Notes under the pieces: generated by a model
The model's input: only the letters and a program-made list of their open reading frames with translations
Told to the model about the DNA's origin: nothing
Database searches by the model: none
Shown here: positions 56,837 to 64,000 of the stretch, piece after piece
Numbering within the stretch: position 1 is the stretch's first letter
Layout of the letters: each line of letters starts with the position of its first letter
Virus record (IMG/VR): IMGVR_UViG_3300020037_003256
Span: 64,001-128,000 of that record
Direction: 5' to 3' (one strand)
Source of the DNA: a virus
Lineage: Duplodnaviria; Caudoviricetes
DNA length: 64,000 nucleotides
Position numbers and translations under genes: made by a program

Positions 56837-58167
56837 TTACTCTACACGCAAATGCTTAGCCATAGACCCGACTGGTGTATGTGGGATACCTGCCTCTTTG
56901 GCTAAAGCAGCCAGCTTCTCCGTAGGACCGTTCAGTTCGGAAACTAACGTGTAGCACTGCAGCCCATCAGCTTCTGACGGATAAATTCCGCGATGAATGA
57001 CAACGTCCGCTGATTCATATGCGCTACCCACAATGCGGTTAAGCATAGTGAACCCAGCTGCAAAGTAATCTTTGCCGAACGCGTCTAGAACAGCGTCGCT
57101 GGCGACAAAAGACATGCAGCCTTCTTGCCCGTGGTTAGATCCACCTTAGCAAGAACGCTGTCTGCGAGTTGCTCTTTAATCGCCTTCGATACGTCTGAAG
57201 GTCCTTTGATCTGATCGACCGCAATGTCTGCAGCACCCATTACGATGATGCCGCCGTCCAGCAACTGTGCGAACTCTGCTCGATCGAACGTCATGTGGGG
57301 AGATCGTGTAACGGCGAGCTGGTTAAACAGGTGAAAGAGTTGGCTAACTAGCTCATTGCTCTTCGGCAGCAATTGAGACATTGGCGGCTGATACAGGAAG
57401 TCAACGGCGTCGTTATCGATAACGATAAGCGGGCTTACCTTGGCTGCTACCAGTTCTTGAAACGCAGCTACCGCGTTCCGACAAACTTGTTGGCCTTCGT
57501 CAACACTAGGTAAGGATACGATCGCACCAACACGTGGCGGCACGCCTTTTGACTCCATATACTTACGAGCCAGGTTCACTAAGGGCAAACCAGCCCCACT
57601 ACCTGAACCACCACCCAAGCCAATACACACTACGGCACAATCCAACTTCGTTCCCCAGGCCTGACTGAACAAGTCCCATATCTCTTCGTCTTTTCCAGTC
57701 ATGGCGTTACGGGCCAATTTCATGTTTTTGGCGGCACCGCCAATATCCAAGGACAGCTTGGGCATGGCAGGATCCAAGCCCGTGAAGTCAGAATCCGTCG
57801 TGTTGAAGACGCATACACGACGATAACCCAAATCCCAAAAGCTCTGTGCGATTTTACCGCCGCCTTGCCCGGCACCGATAAATGCCATATGCATGGCCGT
57901 ATCTGTAGGTAAGTCATCCTGAACTGCTGTCGCTTTCACGGCAGCAGGTTTATGTGACGCAGGAGCAACAGCTTTAGCTACGTTAGGAATGCCCGCTTTC
58001 TTTGGTGGTGGTGTTAAAGTTTTTGGTTTTGTTGCAGGTGGTATCTCTGTTTTAGGTGGCACAGCTGCAGCAGCTTTTAAAGATTTCTCCAAATCGTCGT
58101 TCGCCATTTCGCTCTCCGTATGTATGGGTTTTCTCCAACCTAGCGGGCGGTTAATGCTGTTCGGCAT
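56837..58167 (-). CDS. tubulin/FtsZ-like GTPase split by a frameshift at about 57107-57110
   Basis: IGAGQGGGKIA, GLGGGSGSG signature, VIDND, FDRAEF; C-terminal domain (VIHRGIY..YTLVSEL..P) continues in another frame, 56837-57115. Confidence 0.85.
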
Positions 58168-58401
58168 TTATCCCTCCGGGCTGACCTCGGGACCGTTTGT
58201 TTCCGTTGCAATACGCGTAGGACGCTTACGCCCGTACCGCGTTGGTGCAACGTGCCATGCAGGTTTCAAGTCTGCACGCAGAGCCTGCTTCGCTTCCTCT
58301 GTACCAGGTTTTACGCTTTGCGTGCGTACCGTACGTTTGCTTGTAATATCTGCGGCTGCCTTACCTAGCCACGCTATGAATTCAGCTTTCCACGGCGTCA
58401 T
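58168..58401 (-). CDS. small basic hypothetical protein
   Basis: AAGGAGG SD before MTPWKAE. Confidence 0.6.
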   Translation of the reverse strand: MTPWKAEFIAWLGKAAADITSKRTVRTQSVKPGTEEAKQALRADLKPAWHVAPTRYGRKRPTRIATETNGPEVSPEG

Positions 58402-58447
58402 GGTACCCTCCTTGGTAATAGACGTCAGTTTACCTGTTTGATTTAAT

Positions 58448-58467
58448 TCTAAAAAGCGTTTTTTAGA
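58448..58467. repeat. dispersed palindrome, copy 6 (intergenic)
   Basis: TCTAAAAAGCGTTTTTTAGA with palindromic AAT/ATT flanks. Confidence 0.8.
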
Positions 58468-58468
58468 A

Positions 58469-59530
58469 TTAAGGCACGAGCACGCGATCCCACGTGCGTG
58501 AAAATGTTGAATACAATTCGTCTGTCTTCCAGTCGTTTCGCTGCAAGGCAAACAGCTTAGTCGTATCGGCTAATATGTCTTTGCACCCCTCGTGCCACGT
58601 AGTCGTATCCGGCTTCGCGACAGGTGCTTTAGCGTTCGGAGTAGGGCCAACACACGGCAACAGAACGCCGTTCTCCGGTGTCACGACGTCAGAGAACGGT
58701 GAAACGTTGTGACAGATTACGGGTGTTCCACACGCCAAAGCCGTAGTAGCAGCCAGTCCAAAGTTGGATCGTACACCCGGGATAATCGTCCAGTCGTTAC
58801 GACTGAGCAGCTGTCCTAGCTGATAGAAACTACGCAACCGCACACTTTGTACCCGATCTGCCGCAACAATAGTCTTGAGCCGTTTCATCATACTGTTATC
58901 GTGCTTAGACCAACTCTTAGTGTGCGCCAGCGTTATATCCAGATTGTGGTTCTGGCTTACCGTGTAGGCAACCATAGATACAACCATGCTGCCTACGTGA
59001 TCTACCGTACCGGAATCACAATAGACTAAGGCCTTAATCTTGTCAGGAACTACAGAGCCACGTCGTCGAATCGATACCCTACCTAAATCCCAAGTACACC
59101 ACGTCACGAAGTTTTTAGCCTTAGCGTGCCCTAGCGTCTTATCGAGAACACGCTTATGGCTTCCTGACGTGCAAACGATACGATCGTACTCCGCGTATAC
59201 GCTTTGATCTCCACGGTAGACCTGATAGCGTAGTGGCACCAGAACATGTTGCGATCGTTCTGCTTTCGTGTCGAAGTGCTTCAACCACCTAAGAAATGTG
59301 GGACTACAACCGAAATGAACCACGGTCGTGGTACGTGCCAATACGGCCATAAGCTTTTTTGCCTGGGCCTTACGCATAACACGATTGTCCCAATGCTTAT
59401 GTACTTTCGATTGGTTGTTGCCAAACACGATATAAGTGACGTCTAGGCCGCGACCTATAACGTGTTCACAAAGACGCAAAGCTGCTACCGTTACTTCGCT
59501 ATGGTCGTACGGCGCCACTACTACGATCAT
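58469..59530 (-). CDS. GT-B (GT4-like) glycosyltransferase
   Basis: DWTIIPG..NFGL....ALACGTPVI....PFSDVV..ENGVLL. Confidence 0.7.
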   Translation of the reverse strand: MIVVVAPYDHSEVTVAALRLCEHVIGRGLDVTYIVFGNNQSKVHKHWDNRVMRKAQAKKLMAVLARTTTVVHFGCSPTFLRWLKHFDTKAERSQHVLVPLRYQVYRGDQSVYAEYDRIVCTSGSHKRVLDKTLGHAKAKNFVTWCTWDLGRVSIRRRGSVVPDKIKALVYCDSGTVDHVGSMVVSMVAYTVSQNHNLDITLAHTKSWSKHDNSMMKRLKTIVAADRVQSVRLRSFYQLGQLLSRNDWTIIPGVRSNFGLAATTALACGTPVICHNVSPFSDVVTPENGVLLPCVGPTPNAKAPVAKPDTTTWHEGCKDILADTTKLFALQRNDWKTDELYSTFSRTWDRVLVP

Positions 59531-60342
59531 GATTTTCCTTCTTCTTGCATACGCAGCCAGTCGCCACGTTTATGCTTATCTCCACGAGATACGGCTCTAT
59601 AGTGGAAGACGTAGGAACCTAGACACGCTGCTGTCTTTAGGCCCTTAGCGTGCCATCGTCGCTGAAGCTCGTACTCGTTCAGTGTCATTAGGGGTGTAGG
59701 GTTGGGCTGGCCTTTTGAATTGAAATCATTTCTTGGACAAAAGACATGGTCGAAGTCGTACCCGTTATACCACCACGTCTCTGTGCTGGCCACGAGACAA
59801 AACCCGTTTAACGATGTTTCCTTGAAGCGATCAGCTTGTTGTTTATGCAGTTCTCTCTGGACCGCATCCACGGTCTTGTCTGCATTAGCTCGCTGATACA
59901 CCGTTGAGTATTTTGCCACGTATTGTTCTTCGTTGGTGCCAGGTGCGTTCGTTACAGGGCCTACGAGAGCATATCCAGACTCAAGGCCTTTAACAATGTC
60001 CCGATCCCAGTTGTCGGCAAATATGACGTCAGAATTGGTTACGCAACAGTAGTCTGCACCTAACTTGGCGCAAGACAAACCATGATTCCAACTGCGAGTT
60101 AGCCCACCATTTTCCGAGAAGCGTAATTCAAAAATTGAGTCGAATTTCGGGTGACTCGGTACTGTGATTGCTTTCAGTTTCTTGATAAGTGCGTTGTAAG
60201 CTTCTTCGTCCGGACTAGCATCATCGCAGATCATGACGTAAGGATCTAATGTCTTGGTATTAAGCAAAGCCGACGTTGCGGCCTTCTCTGCATAGTCGAA
60301 GTTGCCGAACGTCGGGATTACGATCAGGATAGTAGATTTCAT
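59527..60342 (-). CDS. glycosyltransferase family 2
   Basis: IVIPTF..DDASPD..NGG..SWNHG..NSDV..GPVTN..YVFH. Confidence 0.85.
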   Translation of the reverse strand: MKSTILIVIPTFGNFDYAEKAATSALLNTKTLDPYVMICDDASPDEEAYNALIKKLKAITVPSHPKFDSIFELRFSENGGLTRSWNHGLSCAKLGADYCCVTNSDVIFADNWDRDIVKGLESGYALVGPVTNAPGTNEEQYVAKYSTVYQRANADKTVDAVQRELHKQQADRFKETSLNGFCLVASTETWWYNGYDFDHVFCPRNDFNSKGQPNPTPLMTLNEYELQRRWHAKGLKTAACLGSYVFHYRAVSRGDKHKRGDWLRMQEEGKS

Positions 60343-60352
60343 TTAACGTTCC

Positions 60353-62296
60353 TTAACCGGGAGGGGCACCTCCACCACCGGGTGGCTGTTGTTGCATTTG
60401 CCCCATCGCCGCGTTTCCTGCCTGTGCTTTCGTATCGTTTCGCTTTTGTTCTATGCGTGCAGTTACCATAGCGTGTAACGCCGCATTGTATTGCTTCAGC
60501 TTACGCAACTCGCTTCGCTTAACAGAGTCGGGTAAACCCATCAACTCGTCTGCCAGCGACTGTGCTACCTGCATCATGTCTTCTGGTGTCTGTGGTACAT
60601 TAGGCGACATTTGAGACAAGTATGCCGTTACAGGACCCTGACCACCCATACCCGGAGGAGCGCCAGGAGGGGGAGCCGCACCGCCACCACCTGCCGGAGG
60701 CGCTCCACCGCCTTGCGCGTTAGGATCACCACCCTGCCCTTTAGCGATCTGTTGTGCAAAACCCGCCTGCTGCATTTCTTCTTGAGTTCGAGTTTGGAGC
60801 TCAGATTGGTACTGCGCTTCTTCTGCAAGGTTTCGCTGTTCTTTCTTCCACGTGTAACCAAGGTCGCCAAGAACAGTACTGGCCGACAGCTGCTGACTCA
60901 TCATCAACTGAGCAGCCATCATTTGCTTTTCTAGATTGTCTGCAATGGTAACGCGTTTAAGCCGAGCTGTGACAGTCTCCCAAGACATGATTTGGGATAT
61001 CTGCCGCACAAGCCAAGCCAGCAACGCATTCGCATCGTGTACTAGCGGATGCCAGGTGCTTTCGAACAGACGCAAAGCTACAGGAGCGGTCTGCAGCTGC
61101 AACGAACCACCAAACAATTCTGTAGGTGTACCAGCGTCGTTGAGCAAAGTCTCAGACGCCTGGTCCAACAACTCGCGGGGAGCTAACTGATTTGCATCAG
61201 CCCCGAACATCTGGAAGTTAACAGGGAACGGTAACACCTGGAAAGACGCTGGGTCTTTCATGCGTCGCCGAATCATGCCATTAACTTGCCCGCGAAAGTC
61301 CGAGCCGTTGTAAGCCGTTAACGGGTCTATAGACATACCGCCACCAGATCGCCCTTGCGCTGGTGCCGGTGTAATGATTCGAAACGGGATGACGTAATCA
61401 AGTGCGATTGCTTCGTTAAAACGTCGCAACACTTGCACGTACCAAATCTGTCGGAAGTTCGAGATGATGCGTGGAATGCCCCACCCACGCGTGTAGATAC
61501 CCGCTAGCGTTGGCTCCCGCATGTGGAATACCGCGTCTGGATGAAAGCGGTACATCTGATTGTTGGCTACAGCTTTTAAGACCTCTCGCGGTGCTCGTTC
61601 CAGCATGAACAAGTTACCGCGACCGTCTGCAGAAGATCTTAATTGCTTTTTGTAGTCTTCAGGAATTCGCCAGAGATAAGCTAGATCTTCGGAATAGGTA
61701 TCGTGCAGAATCTCGATCTCGTGCGGGTTCCAGCTCTTCACCCGCAACTTCTTCTCGTTATCGTCGTCTTCGTCTTTAAGACGCCAAGGGCCTGAGTACC
61801 CCTTACCTGTTTTGCACGCAGGACAAGTAGCTACGAAAGCTTTGTCAGGGTGCCCCGGTACGTATTTGAAATTGAAAACGCGGTTACCGTGTACCTCTTT
61901 TAAAGGAGCAAGATAACCGCAACGTGGACAAGATAGAAAGCGTTTGAATGGTCGCACTACGGAGAAGAAGTGATTCCCGTAGCATTGTCTCCCGCGCAAT
62001 CCGTTCTGGATAATCGTCTTGATATCCAGAGTGTCGTTAAGAAAGGAGTTCCACTTCTCGGTCTCTTCGTCCCCCGCATCTACTAATTCAACATCGGTAA
62101 TGAAGTACGAAATGACGCGTTCCATCGCCATTCTATACGTACCGAACATGCTGAATATGTATTCACTCCAGTACAGGGCAGATCGCATATTTGTCGGGAC
62201 CGACAGTGATGCGATATCTAGGAAAGGATCCGGGTACTGTGTACCCGCACCCAAGCCACTGAACTGGGAGAATTGTGCGCGTAGACCGAGGCTCAT
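60353..62296 (-). CDS. putative portal protein with Zn-ribbon insertion
   Basis: size, FHMRE..GWGIP segment, helical body, Gly/Pro/Gln tail; CPRC/CPAC; recognised by resemblance only. Confidence 0.45.
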   Translation of the reverse strand: MSLGLRAQFSQFSGLGAGTQYPDPFLDIASLSVPTNMRSALYWSEYIFSMFGTYRMAMERVISYFITDVELVDAGDEETEKWNSFLNDTLDIKTIIQNGLRGRQCYGNHFFSVVRPFKRFLSCPRCGYLAPLKEVHGNRVFNFKYVPGHPDKAFVATCPACKTGKGYSGPWRLKDEDDDNEKKLRVKSWNPHEIEILHDTYSEDLAYLWRIPEDYKKQLRSSADGRGNLFMLERAPREVLKAVANNQMYRFHPDAVFHMREPTLAGIYTRGWGIPRIISNFRQIWYVQVLRRFNEAIALDYVIPFRIITPAPAQGRSGGGMSIDPLTAYNGSDFRGQVNGMIRRRMKDPASFQVLPFPVNFQMFGADANQLAPRELLDQASETLLNDAGTPTELFGGSLQLQTAPVALRLFESTWHPLVHDANALLAWLVRQISQIMSWETVTARLKRVTIADNLEKQMMAAQLMMSQQLSASTVLGDLGYTWKKEQRNLAEEAQYQSELQTRTQEEMQQAGFAQQIAKGQGGDPNAQGGGAPPAGGGGAAPPPGAPPGMGGQGPVTAYLSQMSPNVPQTPEDMMQVAQSLADELMGLPDSVKRSELRKLKQYNAALHAMVTARIEQKRNDTKAQAGNAAMGQMQQQPPGGGGAPPG

Positions 62297-62322
62297 GTAC
62301 GACCTCCATGTCGCCTAATTAC

Positions 62323-62499
62323 TTACTTGTCTTTCTTATCCGATTTGGCACACTGAGCTTTTTCCGCCATCTGGCTCAGTATGTCTGATCCGCAACCACG
62401 ATCCTTAGAACAACCGCCAGAACACTTGGTTGGTTGTGCGGTTTTTTCTTGTCCGTCTGGCGGCGTAATTTCGCCGTCAACAACTCCACGCTTTTCCAT
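62323..62499 (-). CDS. small hypothetical protein (58 aa, MEKRGVV...)
   Basis: translated by hand; fills the gap between two long ORFs. Confidence 0.55.
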   Translation of the reverse strand: MEKRGVVDGEITPPDGQEKTAQPTKCSGGCSKDRGCGSDILSQMAEKAQCAKSDKKDK

Positions 62500-62507
62500 G
62501 GTTACCC

Positions 62508-63863
62508 CTATTCTTCAGGTTCTTCTTCTTGGTTAACGTAGTCTAACTCTTTTCCCCCAGGTTTGACCAGCACAATATGCTCGAACACCCCGCACGCGTA
62601 GGCGAGCCCAAGGGAAGCAACACGGTAAGTTTTCGATTTTTCTCGTTCGAGCTTGATATGCATGGTAAGAAGCTTACCTTCTCCAAGCTCAGGCGGACTA
62701 TATTGATAACCCTGGTCGTAGCGTGTGTCGTAGATCAACACCACGCAGGTATCAGAGTCAACCACCGAATGGAAGTTCGCCAGGATACGCCCGGCTCCGG
62801 GAATGTCAAAAAACACCTGCTGTCTTGGTTTGTTCGGAAGCGGTCCGGTCACGAACGGCAAGCGTAGCGTTTCGAATCCCGTGATAACTGCTTCTGCCGG
62901 TTGTTGTGCTTGTTGTTCGTATTCACGCAAAGTTTGCGGTTCGTAATCCTCTTCTGGCTCATCCTCAACCGGCACGTTACGGTTCTTTATGTTGCGATTA
63001 GGATCACGATGCATAGGGCTTGGTCGCCTTGCCGTTGCTCGCGTCGGCATAGGGATTGGGCTAACGCCAGTTGTTGGCGGCAATGGTACGCTGGGCTGCA
63101 CAGCGGCCTGCTTAATCGAGGCCAGTTGTTGCTGCATGTTTAACATGGCGTTCATCATAGCCGCCATGTTCGGATCCATTGGTGGAACCGGATAAGCATA
63201 TTGCGTCGCAGGTAGTTGCGCTTGCGGTTGCACAGGTAACTGCGGTTGCTGTGGTAATTGTGGTTGCATTTGAGGTTGTTCGTAGATTGTAGGGTTAGAC
63301 ACCGCGTGTTCTCCGAGAACTGGGGTAAACGGGGTTACATGTATGACAGGTTCAGCGTGAGTACTTGGTGTTACGTAAGTTTTCGGCATGTACGGATTAG
63401 GTCCAGCATCCGCTTTGAACCCGTGACTACCCATATATGGTGTACTAGTGTTAGATACTGCCGCAGGGTTACTGCGGTAGGCCGCAAGCTTTGCAGGTTG
63501 CCCAAGGGAATAAAACACCTGTGACGGATGCACACTTTGCGCCATGGCGCGATGCATATCCTGTTCTCGCACTGTGCTCGGATCGAACATTACCCCACCA
63601 TCGTCTGAGTAAGGATCAACGTGAACTGGTCCTGCGACTGTCGGATCGAACCCTTTACTGTCTCCGTCCTTGTTGGCCGCAGGCACTACAGCAAAAGCAC
63701 CGACAAAACCACCTGGCATTTTAGACAGCTGCGCCATTTCGGGTTTATGGTAATTCTCCGCGTCAGGGGCGTGCCGGATGACGCTGTTTCCCTTTTCCCC
63801 TTCACGTCGCAATTCTTCTTTCCAAAAAGCCGCACTACTGATGTTATTCATGATAACTCCCAA
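62508..63863 (-). CDS. Pro/Gln-rich hypothetical protein
   Basis: 451-aa ORF with a low-complexity centre and globular C-terminus. Confidence 0.7.
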   Translation of the reverse strand: MGVIMNNISSAAFWKEELRREGEKGNSVIRHAPDAENYHKPEMAQLSKMPGGFVGAFAVVPAANKDGDSKGFDPTVAGPVHVDPYSDDGGVMFDPSTVREQDMHRAMAQSVHPSQVFYSLGQPAKLAAYRSNPAAVSNTSTPYMGSHGFKADAGPNPYMPKTYVTPSTHAEPVIHVTPFTPVLGEHAVSNPTIYEQPQMQPQLPQQPQLPVQPQAQLPATQYAYPVPPMDPNMAAMMNAMLNMQQQLASIKQAAVQPSVPLPPTTGVSPIPMPTRATARRPSPMHRDPNRNIKNRNVPVEDEPEEDYEPQTLREYEQQAQQPAEAVITGFETLRLPFVTGPLPNKPRQQVFFDIPGAGRILANFHSVVDSDTCVVLIYDTRYDQGYQYSPPELGEGKLLTMHIKLEREKSKTYRVASLGLAYACGVFEHIVLVKPGGKELDYVNQEEEPEE

Positions 63864-64000
63864 GCATAAGCTTTAGCGGGGCTATTGTACTGGTGATTTT
63901 GCGGAAAACAAAAGAGCATTATCGGTAATAGCTAAGAAAAACGCCGGCGAGTATTCGCAGGCGTAAAAGGATAGAAAAGAAAAGTAGCTGGTGCGTCTCC

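Noticed and set aside
57085-57087. Amber suppression restoring full-length tubulin
   Set aside because: The C-terminal domain is in a different frame, so readthrough would not reach it
140-63869. Plus-strand ORFs in the track other than csrA (e.g. 31629-32198, 54500-55030, 56270-56905)
   Set aside because: They are antisense shadows of well-supported minus-strand genes with no recognisable motifs
1-64000. Genome-wide TAG reassignment (code 15) suggested by tRNA(CUA)
   Set aside because: ORFs tile densely under code 11 and TAG falls at true gene ends, with the next gene out of frame where checked

Overview
This window looks like part of a large (jumbo-type) phage genome. It is densely coding under genetic code 11 and almost entirely minus-strand; csrA is the only convincing plus-strand gene. 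The RimI and CsrA sequences look Planctomycete-like from memory, which is unverified. Contents from low to high coordinate: (1) a putative virion/regulatory block with an iPPase-Zn ribbon-HAD fusion, csrA and a LuxR-type HTH; (2) a long glycan-modification region (about 5.3-25.9 kb and 58.5-60.3 kb) interrupted by a metacaspase, GroES and two Tad1-like anti-defence proteins; (3) an amber-suppressor tRNA(CUA) followed by a short leader ORF with an in-frame UAG, whose readthrough would open an SD-sequestering hairpin and couple translation to a 152-aa gene; (4) a 24-kb head-to-tail array of 43 divergent paralogues (28968-52980) with conserved N-terminal RTSYGLL-like and C-terminal GxWxE motifs; (5) rimI, Gly/Ala-rich putative virion proteins, a frameshift-split tubulin/FtsZ-like gene and a putative portal. 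A 20-bp palindrome (consensus TCTAAAAAACGTTTTTTAGA) recurs six times across the window. The best candidates for undescribed systems are the 43-gene array and the amber-readthrough translational switch. All family calls are motif recognition by eye, with no database searches run.
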